This document shows positions 1-12,319 of a DNA stretch of 64,000 bases, piece after piece. The notes under the pieces are model-generated. The model saw only the letters and a list, made by a program, of their open reading frames with translations. It searched no databases and was not told the DNA's origin. The stretch is from assembly GCA_030704615.1 (NCBI GenBank), contig CM060732.1, positions 58,776,001-58,840,000 of the forward strand, given 5' to 3'. The stretch comes from Takakia lepidozioides (lineage: Eukaryota > Plantae > Bryophyta). The number at the start of each line of letters is the position of its first letter. Positions within the stretch are counted from its first letter, which is position 1. Position numbers and translations under genes: made by a program.

Positions 1-446
1 CCGCCGTGCCTAGCAACGCTTCAGCTAATTCCACGAACAACGTCATGTATGCTACTGAAAAATTAGCAGACTTGGCAGTTCATGCTCTGGATATATGCTG
101 TTTCTATAACATGACATCTGGTATCATGTAACTTGCTTTAATGTTTTTATCTTACCACAGCCTTGCAGCCATAACCCGGGTAAGACCTTTTGCAGTCTAG
201 TGACAACCTGAGCATGGAACTTCCATAATAATGCAGAATGTGGCATTTGCGTTTGCTGATCTCAAACTTGAGCGGTAGTAAGGCCTTATATGGAATCAAT
301 CATGGAACCAGTAATTTACAACATAGGGGGAACTGAATGAGGGTCATCAGGCACACTGGGTATTCCATTTTCTGACACCCCTGCTGTAGTGTGGCCTGTA
401 AATAACTTCACTGCTAATGACAATCTAAGTGTGCTTGTGCCTGCAG

Positions 447-3237
447 GCCATTGCAAATACTAAAAATAGAAGAGGAGAGTGAAGGCTTGAGAGAGGCAAG
501 TGTGTTCCCATCTCCTGCCACCTTCTTGGATTCACCAGCTTTCTTTCACCTGTTCATAAGCATGAATGCTTGAAAGTGATTGTGTACAGGTATGCTCTCT
601 TTTGAACACTGGTAAGAAGAATGAAGAGAGGGATGGGTGATGTGCAGCTGAGTGATGCAGAACTTGATGAGGTGCTACCCACTGCTGCCTATGCCCTTGC
701 CAAGAGGCGGCTCCACCTTATCATTAGCGGGTGATTGCTCTTGTCCTCCTTGCGATATATAGATTTTCCTTTCAGCAGCTGTAATTCATGCTGTGAAGTA
801 GTTTTATGGAAGCTAGTCCCAACATCTGTTTGTGACAACCTGTTGAATATGTTGCACATCAGGTCATTTGGATATTTAGCTGGTTTCATTCTTTCTGTCT
901 CCATCTTCATGGAGTTCTCCTTGTTTCTCCTTTTTCTATGAAGCAGACTGCGACTTTTATCTTATGACTGAACCTTCATGAAATTTCTTCCCCTGGTTGG
1001 TCAGCTCCAAGTGATCATCTTAACTCAAAAAGAAAGATGCTGCCAACGGAAGTTGGCTTATGTAAGAGCCTCTTCCCCATCGTAACTCAAAATTACTGAT
1101 AGTCTGTTTGGTAAATACAGCAGTGTAAAGTGACACTGGGGGTGGGGGCTTAAGGGTTTGTGTGGACATGACCAAAAATCTAGATTTGAGAGCGCGCAGG
1201 TTCTGTCTGACAGTGCGCGGGGGATTTTGCTACACAGAGGATGATGTGATGGATTTGAACACTGGTATAAAACTAATGCTTTTGTTAGTCTTCTTGTTTT
1301 CCTTGGGGTTACAAATGAACTCAAGGGCGATTATTCGAATCAAACAAAATGTGTGCCTTGTGTTTTCAGAAACTGTAAGCTTCCTGATTCATGAATGGCT
1401 GTTGAAGATTACCATGGGTAAAATAACTGACGGCCTTTTGCATTATGTTTCTCCATATGTGGTGGAAACTTAACTGAATGGCGATTGTTTCAGTCTGGCA
1501 GAGCATCTGCCTGGTTTGTTTAAGAAAACATACATCGTTTTACGTCTTCTGACATTGTGTTGCAGAATATGGGGAGGGATTGGGAGGCTCATTGGCAGAA
1601 GGTGTGGAGATTGCCAATTTTCAAATGGTATGCATCTTTGAAGCACATTGTTCCCTATGTTCCTGTGATGTGGAAAACCATTCAGCCCTGGGCAAATTTA
1701 TCTGTGACGGTAAAGGCAATTTGCCTTTAGAGTCTGCAGACGTTGGTATTTTTTGCCAGTATTTTCTCCTTTCCGTATTCCACTGCTGAACAAAACAATG
1801 TGCTATGTGACAGAAGGACAGCGAATATCTTATGTACACACCATTTGATCCCCTTATGTTTGTTGCCCTTAAGGTGATTCTTTCCTACTGCCCCCCCTGT
1901 TGAGGTTTTGCCGTTACTGCTGTCTATTCTTCTACATCAATCTTCCTTTTTATGTCCGCAAGAAATTGGAATTTTTTATGGAGGCAAACATGTGACTGTG
2001 CTCGGAGCTGTGTCCATAGGATGAGGAGACGGGGGAGCTAACAATTGCTGATGATGTAAGCTACCACTATTCTGTTTCTCTCCTTTTTCCTTACGTCTTA
2101 AGGTGTCCACCTTCCAAACAGAAGGCAGTAGTTCTTTGGGGTGAAGAGATACCATAATTACTCTTGCTACAGCAGGAGTCCACGTTTTTCTTCCCTTATA
2201 TTCCTTCCTTCTTTTGCAGTATCTCTGTCACCATATTAGTAAAGTCTCAAGGCAATTATGAAGTACAAACGACGATGAGCTTTTGGAGCAAAATCGTGTG
2301 ATGTTATCATATACATGCTTCCATCTGAAGGATTGGCAATGCATGGTCGCAGGAGTTGCTAGATGATGTAGCTGTGCTGGATGCCATCGATGAAGAAAAT
2401 GAATTTCAGGCACTGGTGGTATGTCATGCTCTTTTCTGATACCCATCGGCTATGCACCTTATTTACCTGCTTGATCATATGCACTGCATCACTGTTTTGT
2501 ATCCATGTCTATTTTTCCCTTGCTTTTTCTTCTTCACTTTTTGTTTTTTCTGGTCTCTGTTTTTCTTTTCTTTGCTGTTTGTTACTGGTTTTCTCTTCTG
2601 AAAATCCCTCTAACCGTAGATCAGATCTTCTCAGTCATTTTTTGGCTACCTTAAGTATTCGAGATATCTCGAGACTTGTCACCTGGATGTTTCTCTTAGG
2701 GATTGCTGGCGAATTGAAATGTCCAGTGTTTTGCAACTTTCAGTCTTACGTGCCAAAGTGTTTGCCAAAATCACAAGTTTTGCAAGCTTGGGAGGTGCCA
2801 GAGTGGTAGGTACGGTGCTGGATGATACTGAAAGACATGTATTTCCCAAACTTACCTTGGGTAAGAGAGTAAGAACATACTAGTCAACTGCTACGAGATT
2901 GGATATACAGGGAAAATTAACAGACCTGGGAGGTTGATGGATTGTGGCCATGACATGACCATTCTCACATTATGGTCAGTGATGTTTCTGTCATTTGTGT
3001 CATGGAGAAGTCACACTGGTGTGCCAGTACATTGCAGCCTCAGCCGAAGGCTGTGAGGTTTGAAACATCGCACTGCATGCCTAAACATCTTGAGAAATAA
3101 CTGGTTTCACTCCGAGTAGAACTCACAACGACAGTAGATTTTATGCTTCTGGCAAGAGTCTCTTTTGCTTACAGCAAGTCGTCACCATACAGGAGGAAGA
3201 GGAGGCCATTAATGAAGCTTTGAGGGAGGCTAAATGA
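447..3237 (+). CDS. DUF3727-family protein (cyanobacteria-related, likely plastid), 3' exons; 5' part lies upstream or is unresolved
   Basis: Exons 447-495, 648-730, 1200-1264, 1566-1627, 1814-1873, 2020-2055, 2353-2418 and 3193-3237 join in frame: PLQILKIEEESEGLRE/LSDAELDEVLPTAAYALAKRRLHLIISG/FCLTVRGGFCYTEDDVMDLNT/EYGEGLGGSLAEGVEIANFQM/KDSEYLMYTPFDPLMFVALK/DEETGELTIADD/ELLDDVAVLDAIDEENEFQALV/EEEEAINEALREAK*. Introns are GT-AG except the first (GC-AG). Family recognised from memory of the plant DUF3727 motifs YALAK, RGGFCY and YTPxDPLxFVAxK. Confidence 0.8.
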
Positions 3238-3842
3238 CTTTCTCACAAAGTCCCACTTCACAGCCAGTGGAGAAGCACCTTCCGGTGAAGAATTTTCAAG
3301 TTGGAGGTTGGTCCAGCAGCAAGAGCCTAGGAGCTCCTCAATTTCCACTCGTGTATATGATAAAATACCATGAGTTATTCTCATCCACTATTCTTCACAA
3401 TGCATACAAGACTTAATTGGCATGGGATATTTGTAAAATTGAGTTTGGAAACGCAATACAGTCAGTCGCCATCTTCGCCCTTTGCCTCAAGTGGGTCAGT
3501 TGGTTAAGTACTAAATTTTACAGTCTATGCAGAAATGATCGATAATCTATCAGTCATGTGATTTTCCATTTGAACGAAAAGTATGCATTTTTGATGTCAT
3601 GATTGTGTTTCAATACTGAGGAAAAGAAAGGTAAAAAACTGACTTCTAAGCTGTTCGGGCAGGGACTTAAATGAAATGTCTTTTGTCTGCATCAGCGTGT
3701 AAGTGCTTTATAATATTGGATTATGCAGTAAGCATACAATTGGATTCCTAGGGGGGTGCAAAATTTGGACCTCTAGGAAGCTTGTGCTGCTTCATGCTAT
3801 GAGCCCTCTCCATCCCTCACTGGTGACTTGATCGGTTGTTAA

Positions 3843-4503
3843 CCCTTAAAACGCCCGCAGGGTGTCGCTGACTTTTCCAAAAAATGAGACCCCTGCAGTG
3901 AAAAATCGAAATAACTTACAGAAAATTGAGAAGTTCAAAATTTTGACCACACATTATGTGCTCACCTACCTCCTTCACTTACGTGCAAAATTTGGAGGTA
4001 ATCCATCCAGATCTGCCAAAATCCAGCAGTTTGCATGTGGGCCCATTTTTGGGCCACCTACTAGGAAAAGTGAAATTGTAATGGGTAAATCTGGAAATTG
4101 AGTGACGGGATGAGATTCATTTGAGCTGAATTTGCTCTCAGTCCATCCCCTGGGATACTACATCCAACAAGTCAAAAACCATGGGATTTGGCCAAGCCAT
4201 GTGGGCCTGACACTTGGTCAAAGTCTGGGGGGGTAGTATTTTCTTTTCAACTATTGTGCAGGTGTCAGCAGCCTGCGGGAGGCCAGCATGCGAGAGCGGC
4301 TGGAGGGGCCCAGCAGACCCTCTCGCACTTGAAAATCCTAAACTTTGCAACCACACATGATCTGCTCAATTGGTAAATGGCAGCAGGTGGCCAGCTTTTG
4401 GGGCCTCTCAACGGCACAGATTTCACGAAATTCCACCAAAATCTCAAAAAGATATTAACCTTCAAAGAGGACGCCCATTTTGGGCTCGATGGGCGTTTAA
4501 GGG
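3843..4503. mobile_element. Non-autonomous piggyBac-like MITE (661 bp)
   Basis: TTAA (3839-3842) + CCCTTAAAACGCCC ... GGGCGTTTAAGGG + TTAA (4504-4507): a 13-14 bp TIR with one indel, CCC/GGG termini and a TTAA duplication. No credible ORF inside. Confidence 0.7.
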
Positions 4504-5789
4504 TTAACTATGAATCCATGACGCGGGTCTTCCAAATTTTTTTGCAATTGGTATCCCCTTGTGTGGCTGGACAGTCATTTGTCTAGTCTTTTGACCGAAT
4601 GAATTACACATCATGTTTCAATATTGAGAGAGAGAGAAGACTCTGGCCGCAGCTGGCGTAACTAAGAGCCGCTTTGCCTTAAAGCTGCCCTTTCGAAGGT
4701 GGGCCCTATTATTCATCTCTAAATATGGATGTAATCCTCCACTTATACCTGATTGGTTTGTGAATGGAGAGCATCGGTACAAAATTCTGGAGCACCCTCT
4801 CACGAGTGGTTGTGGGTTCAATCCACCTGTTGGAAGTCATCACGGTGTCCACCTTCCCACCGGAAGGCACATTAGCCCTATGGGGTCAAATTACGCTTGC
4901 TTCGACAACGCGTCCATTTTTTTATTTTTTATTTTTTTTCTTGGAGCACCCTTTGCGTAGACGTTGTCATGCAATTGTGCAATGTCTTGGTGCATTAATC
5001 TTTAATTGCCTATGAGTTTCCTTGGGGTTTTTTTTTTCCAAATATTCAGACATAAACTCCCACCCATATATACATAGAAAATACATACAAAAGAAGCCAA
5101 CTCTTGGATCTTCCGGCACAAAATCCACCCTTGGTGTTAGAAGATTATAATATGTGGAATCTTGTGACTTTTCAATAAGTTGACTTCTTATTGGATCAAC
5201 AAAATGGATTACGAGTTGGGCAATGAAGGTGGTTCTTTTGTTTGTGTATCAATAATTTGGGTTTCGATGGTGGTTTGGTCTGTGGGGCTATATGCTTCCC
5301 CAACCCTTTTGGAATCACTCAAATCGGACAAATATTGAAATATTTCCATCAATACAAGCTCCTCAAAATTCGGGGGATATTAATGATTTTGGGAGTAGAT
5401 TATGCCTTTATTGAGGAGAATTAAAATGGCTTCTCGTTGTATGATAATAGCGTCTTCAATGAGCATGTGGCGGGCCCCTAGGTAGCAGAGAGGGTCGTGA
5501 AGGGTGGGCGCGCCTCTACCCGGCGGAGGGTCCGTTGCTCAGTCTGTCGCAAGCGGGTCCATGCAATAAGAAGGCCTGCCTGCAGGCGCTGGTAATGCAC
5601 ATAAACCAGTAAATAGTTCCTAAGTTTTAGAAAGCATTGGGTAGTGTGATGGTTAAGAGCAATGATACAAATGTGTGAGGTTTGGTATTCAATTTTTGTG
5701 AAGTGGTAAAGTGCTTGGTGTTCAATTCTTGTTAGGTGGTAAAGTGTGTGATTAATTAAACATTTTTATACTTGTTCTTCTCTTCTACG

Positions 5790-6045
5790 GCGGCGGACCC
5801 TCCAACGGACCCATTGGACTAGACTGTAGAGTGGACCCTTCAGTGGACTTTGGGTCCAGCGGGCTCTGCAGACCCTCCAGCGGACTGACTATGCACTCTA
5901 GAGTGGACCCTCCAGCGGACTGGACTGCAGAGTGGACCCTCTCCAGTGGACCCTGGGTCCACCAAACTCTGCAGAGTGGGTGGACCCTCCAGCAGACTCT
6001 ACATAAGGGCTCTCCAATGGACCCTCATGTGGACCCCACGGATGG
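5790..6045. repeat. Degenerate GC-rich minisatellite (GTGGACCCTCCAGCGGAC-like units)
   Basis: About ten recurrences of GGACCC(T)C / CAGCGGAC / GAGTGGAC at 20-30 bp spacing; probably the internal or subterminal repeat of an unclassified TE. Confidence 0.6.
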
Positions 6046-7709
6046 GCACTCTGCTTATGAGGTGGCCCCATGGGCTGTACTGGCAAGGCCCACAGGTGCA
6101 TTGAAGACTCTCTTATTAAAAAAAATTGGCATTAAAATACATGCTCCCAATAACGATGTTTTTTTTTTCATTTCTTCCAAATTCAACAGAGGTGCCATAT
6201 GTGAATACTACCTAATGCCCATGTGACAAGAAGAATAAGGCGGCGGGATTGAAAAAGTGGCTATATAACAGGCCGTGGCACATTTTAAGGGGCAAAATCA
6301 AGCTCATGATCACTTTTGGTGTTTTTTGCAAAAGTTTGGATTTTTAATTCCCCCATAATTCATTTATATATATATATATATGACGTCAACCAGCCTTAGC
6401 AAAAATAAGAGCCTCTTCCCTTTGCTGGTACTGCCATCTTGTCACAGGGTCCACCTATAATGTGACCAGCTGGTCACTCTCAATTTTTTGTTTGTTAAGG
6501 ATAAGGTCTGTTAACAATCTGATGGCTGATGGCCGTAAGATGTAGGGAGGGGGGTAGCGGTTTCTGACAGTTGCAATAATAATAGTCAACGAGACGTATT
6601 TTTCCATCCATTTTCATTGTTGATGAAGAGCTAGATCAATTTGGGTCATATCTTTCTCTGTTGAAGAGGATTGATTGGTCTAGGTAACGATCATGACAGA
6701 ATGTGCATTCTATTATATGAATGGTAATGGATGGGTTTGGATATGCTAACGATATAGGTAGTCCATAAAATGTCATGGCAAAACCATGCAAACAATGACA
6801 AAAGTAAGTGAGGAATGTGCAAGGACGCAAAAGCCAAGAGGATATTGTGTGATCTGATGGTTTCCGCGTTGATGAGGTTCAACCATCTCGAATTAGGATG
6901 TGATAGTAGTAGTTTGCAAAGCTATCAGGTCCTTGGCTATGTCACATTATTTGGAGGACATGCAATGTTGGCTTTTTCAATTTTGCAGTGGAGGAGGAGA
7001 TGAGGCCAAGTGTCCATTTGTAGGGGTTGGATAAGACATATTGTGCAATGTTTGTTAGGACATAGTAATGGCAAAAATAAGATTGCCCATGTACTACCCA
7101 TATTGGAATCCTAGTGTTTGCTTGATTTGTGCATTAGCTATAGCATAAGATGTTCAAAAGGGGTTGGATACCATATAAGAGGTGCGGAGAACTGGTGGCC
7201 ATTTGGATATGTATGAGTTCGCATAGGTACGAGAGGTTTGGATTTGTTATTTGGTTTCTCTTGCAACAAAGGCATGTAGGGCCCGTATGGGTGCAATTTC
7301 TGAAAATCTTGCATTGGTTGATGATAGCAAGAAAAAAAGTGGTTGTATGTGTCTGTATAATATGAATTGGAATGTGAACTGTTGATCATGGGGTGTGTGG
7401 GTTGTATGGCACCAGTTGTTTTTTTTTTCTGACAAAATATGGACAGATTTCGATCTAGAAAATGGATCAATTACTTGTACAAAGAAATTAGGGGGGATAT
7501 TATCAAAAAGTTCACCAGAAAGCGCCATTAATTGAACATCAGGAGTCTAATTTTTCAATTTTGTCTATGTTGACCTGTTAAATTGTGTGTGAATGAATGT
7601 GGAGGATGATTGGGTAGTGATCCGAGTTACAAATAGGGTCATACAAGATTGTAAGTTATTATTTGGTATTTTAAGAGTATCCATCAATGAGACAATGAGA
7701 GGTATAATC

Positions 7710-7762
7710 CAGTGTTGGATGGTTATGAACTTTGGCCGGTTATAACCGTGTTATTAGACCGG

Positions 7763-7825
<63 letters not shown>

Positions 7826-8796
7826 GAGGAGGTGCAAAAATAAAAAAACCGGATATAAACAGATCCGGCGGAGGCTAGGGGTTGAGATAACCGGCAGGCT
7901 TTGAGAACCGGCGAGCAAATTTGGTTTTTTATTTATTGGTATCCGGCCATGGCCTTAAAAAAGGACCCGGTTATCAATAAATAGTGTCAGCATATAGGGT
8001 TGACAGGCCTATGACTGTTTATCTAACGATGTCGGAAGATCTAACGGTGAATTTTTCTCATTTTTACCCCGGATAAAATTGATAAGATGCCCCACATCCA
8101 GGGCATCCCAACACACTTGGAAGTGCGCGATTTCATGAAGTCCACACAAAGTTGTGGGGTTTCAAAGTTGAACCAATCATAAAGCTTGTGTGAACCTTGG
8201 GCCCTATGACCAATCATATTTTTTGGGGGGTTATATCAAACAACTGTTTGCCAAGTGGCAAAACTGAGCAGTCTTGGGCCCAGCAATGGTAGCTCATGCG
8301 GCCTGACCCCAGCAGTTATGAGGTGACCGGTCATAGGTGCTATAACTGTCATATGATGTTTTACCCTACCCTTGCTAAGATTAATGTGACACCAATCTGG
8401 TAACTAAGATGTCCATTATTGATCATCTGGATGATCCAGTTTCAAGGGCTAACCATCTTGCATGGCTGGTCAATCCCTGCTTGGCATTTATTTAAGTTTT
8501 TTTTTATAGAATATTTTCATCATTTCTAAATTTTTATTTTATAAATAGTTCATTTACATTACTGCAATATAACCGTTTTAAGGACCGTGGGTTATCTACC
8601 AGTTATGAAGTATATTAAACTTCCAGAACCAGTTCAAAAAACCGCATGTGCAAAGGTCTTTAATAACCGGAATTGAACTTAACCGGGTTTTTTGAAAACA
8701 TCAAAGAACCGCCTCCGGAGGTTCTAAAGAAGGGGGCAATTGACAAAGAACCTGCACCGGAGGAGCTCACGAAAACCTGATAACCGCCCAACACTG
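7710..8796. mobile_element. hAT-family MITE (1087 bp)
   Basis: TIRs CAGTGTTGGATGGTTAT / ATAACCGCCCAACACTG; exact 8-bp TSD GTATAATC (7702-7709 and 8797-8804); many subterminal AACCGG/CCGGTT motifs; internal (TA)n. Confidence 0.92.
7766..7821. repeat. (TA)n microsatellite
   Basis: About 28 perfect TA units inside the hAT MITE. Confidence 0.95.
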
Positions 8797-11374
8797 GTAT
8801 AATCCGTTCCTCCTTGTCTAGAGAAGGTTGGTTTGAGGTGATGTATTGGAATCCAAGTCCTTGAGTATATGAGGTCTAGTCAGCATCTTTTATAGATGGG
8901 AAAAAATGGATGCCATTATGTAGCCTTCTTTGTAAAGTCAGGTCCCTATTGAAGTCGCCCGCGAGAAGGATTGCAGAGGAGGAGTTGATGGGGTTGTTCA
9001 CAAAGTCTGTAATTTGTTCCAAGATATCTAGGGTAAGTGCTATATCATCTGGGTGTGAGTGCATATAGAGGTGAACAATAGTAAATTTTGGATAAGGCCT
9101 GATATGTATTTGGACAACTTGTAGATGAGTTTTGAGATACGTAGGAATTGCAACATTAGAGGTTGTTTTTTTGCAAGTGCATGGATTTTTGTATACCAAT
9201 TGCAACTCCAACCCCCCCCCCCCCCTCCTGCTGGCTGGTACGGTAATGAGCATCAATTGTTATATTTTTCCTGATGATGGGGGGCTGTCATAATTAAGTG
9301 GTGGTCCAGCAATATTCTATTTATGTTTGTATTGGGTGAGTGCAATTGGAGTTTGGTTTCTTGTAATAGAATGATGTGGGGGGGGGGGGGGGGGGGGGGA
9401 GTTGAAAGATAAGTGATAGGATAGCGATATTGGAGGCAATGGAGCCAAAATTCCATGTGAGACATACTAGAGATTGTTCTAGCAGACTATCTTGCGGATT
9501 ATCAAGGAAAGGTCCGGAGTCGGGGATGCATATGGGCGAGGAGATGGTTCATGGCAAAGTTGGTGTTTGATCGTTAAAACTATGGGGATAGTTTGGGGTA
9601 TATAAAGGTTGAGTACATGACAACCTGATAGATATGTTAACATGCTTACTGTGGCAGATAGAATTTATTGTGATATGAAAGGGAATGCTAAAGTAATATC
9701 TTGTAAAGTAGGGCAAGTCATTGTGGGGCGGTTCCTTATATATGTTGTAAGTAGTTGATGTACGTGGGCCGGTGGAGTTTATAGGAGATCAAATGAGCCT
9801 TTGACGTTTTTTAGGGGATGTGGTGGGGCATTGTAATGGGATGGGTCTTCAAGTACAGCTCGAAGTTTTGTTAGTGTGGATAGTATTGTAATCTCCAATT
9901 TCTCAGATAACATGTTAGGAGTTGGAGATATACAAATCATGTATGTGAACAGTACATGGTGCTTACAATGAGATTGCGGTTTGTAACTATTCTGAGCTAC
10001 GGTTGGGTATTCGGATGTGGCAAATACCATATGGCAGTGCATTTGGGGTTTCTAGATCAAGAGCATATTGTGACTTGGGAAGGTATGGGTTAAGATTTTA
10101 TGAAGATGTTCATATGATGGGTAGAAGTATAAATTATATCTTGAATTGGCTCCTTTGGCTATGCAATTAACAATGGTCTGGATAGAGTGTTTGGGCTGTA
10201 TGTTGAATATTTTTGTGGCAAATCGACAGTTCCGTGCGGAACTGTCGTATGCTTCATTCCCGCGGATTCAGCATTTCCTTAATGAATTCATAGTTCCGCG
10301 CGGAACTACGAGCTTCGGGTTTTGGATCGGGTTAGGTTCGGGTGCGGAATTAAGAGGAATGTTCTTGAAAATTGAGGATTATTCCTCGTCTGCTCACAAT
10401 ATTTTCTGCTCACGCTCACCGGAAACATTGCCTCAGTGCAAACTACCACCATTGCATTTTCAACTATGATTAAGCAGTTTCCTTGGAGTTCACCCAAAAC
10501 CCTTGGTGCCCCTGGGCTATTGCCTCTCTTTAGGCAGCCCCTTAGTGCTTCCCAAAACTCCTCCAAGTTTGGGGCTTTGACCTATGGTGCGTGCTCTCCT
10601 TGGTAGCCCAGTTCCACCCTTCAATCTGTTCCTGAATACAAGAAAAACAAACCCTTTACATCATGTCTTGCCCACGCCCGGCCTTCCTACTCGTCGCTTA
10701 CAAGCTCAAACTCCACGTCAATGTAACTTCCTCAATAATATCAATTGAAGAATGGCTCAATGGCCTACACAATGGTTAGGGATCCCTTAGCTCAATATAA
10801 CAATGCTTTTCTAATAATAGAGAGCTCAAGCTCTACCATCTAGGACCTATGATCCCTCTAGCACAACAACACTTAGAAAGACTAAGCAAGACAACAAAGC
10901 AAGAAGGCTTTGATACTACCAATGTTGGGCGGGTAATACTTTTTTTAATAGCAACCGGGGTCCTGATATTAAACTATTTTTACTTTCCAATACCGGCCGG
11001 TTCCATTTTTATTAGAATATTCACAAAATTTTAATCGTCAGTTCTCAATAGAAGCAAGATTTTGCATTTGTGGGAAGTTATCGACCAGTCCAATTGTAAT
11101 ACCAGGCGGTACCCAATCCAGGGATTAAATAATTCAATTTGATTTAAAGCCCTTTGCATTACATAGGCATATTTTGTAGATATATGTTAAATCAAGCAAA
11201 TCAGTTATTTAGGAAGCTAGCTCCAAGCCTCATTGTCCAACATGGACACCTGCATTTGGGAGGTGCTTCTCATCCATCATATTTTTGCATTTCTTGCATG
11301 CTCCAGTTAAGAGCGTGATTATTGACCCATATATGCGTGTGACTGTTTATGGAATGAAGGAAAATTGGTTCTCT

Positions 11375-11950
11375 TGACCCGCCAACCAGCCCCCATTACC
11401 CGCGTGTACTTCCCCTTCATTGTTCTTTATTTTCTTAATTATTTTAAGTTTGTGATATAAGAGGAGCTGATTAACCCCTTGCTCTTTTGCTATTGTAGAT
11501 CATGCATAGGAGGGAAAGAGGGCAAGTAGGGAGGCCTGCCAACCAGCCCCCGTTCCACCACACATGTAAGCATGCCCCTAATTCAATGTTGCATTTTTTT
11601 TTCCCCCCAGAAAATTGGCATAGCAAGGGGCTGATCAGCCCCCTACTCTGTTGCTATATAGATCACACACAAGAAGGAGGAGTGCGAGTTTAGAGCCCGC
11701 TAACCGGCCCCCTCATCCTATGGTAAGCCCCCACCCTTTAATAGCTTAGTTTTTTATTTTATTTTTTCCAATGTGTGGTACAACATGATTTGCTCCTCCT
11801 CTCATAGTGAAAGTTTGAACTCAGAAAGGGGAGCACAAATATCAAGAAGGCTTGACAGCCAGCCCCTACCTCTTATGGACAATCACCCCACTTTAAAGCT
11901 TCATAATTTTTAGTTATAACTCTTCATGTTGTGGTACAACAAGGACTGAT
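11375..11950. repeat. ~160-bp degenerate tandem repeat in the hAT 5' region
   Basis: CC(C/T)GCCAACCAGCCCC at ~11378, 11535, 11696 and 11856, and AAGG(A/G)GCTGAT at ~11460, 11626 and 11941. Confidence 0.6.
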
Positions 11951-12319
11951 TTATTTATATGTGGTGGGGGGCATTGCAGATCATTTCCCAAGGCATGAAG
12001 TAGCCAAACTGACCACTAAAGCATAAGACTGGTCCACCCCCAACTAGCTAAGTAGTTTTTGTAATTTGAAAATGTAAATGTACATGTACTAGATAAAAAA
12101 AATAACGTAGATCTAAATGTAGGCCATGTATGTAACATTCAGCTCAATATGAAATAATAAATTAAGCAGTGCGGTGTCTCTCCACACTTTCGTTTTGGCC
12201 AGCCATATACCATTCCAAACTTTTGTAAATATATGAGTTGTGCACAATTATTAAATGCCTTTTGGATTCTTTGTTTGCATTGTTTTTACACATGAGTTGT
12301 TCCACAAGCTTTTTATGTC

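Larger units (their letters stand above)
6590..10215 (-). mobile_element. Decayed APE-type LINE, copy 1 (interrupted by a hAT MITE)
   Basis: Minus-strand APE endonuclease motifs: HIILLQETKL (~9350-9380), ILLAGDFN (~8950-8970), SDHYPI (~7610-7627). 8905-10200 is nearly collinear with 22686-23950. RT motifs were not recognised, and boundaries are approximate. Confidence 0.7.

Noticed and set aside
4800-4840. B-box-like GGGTTCAATCC
   Set aside because: No A box at a suitable distance and no tRNA fold.
5638-5735. tRNA or tRNA-derived SINE (TAGTGTGATGGTTAAGAGC ... GGTATTCAATT)
   Set aside because: Only loose A/B-box similarity; no cloverleaf, tail or TSD could be built.
10430-10915. LTR fragment
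   Set aside because: The composition is suggestive, but no TG...CA ends, PBS or PPT could be identified.
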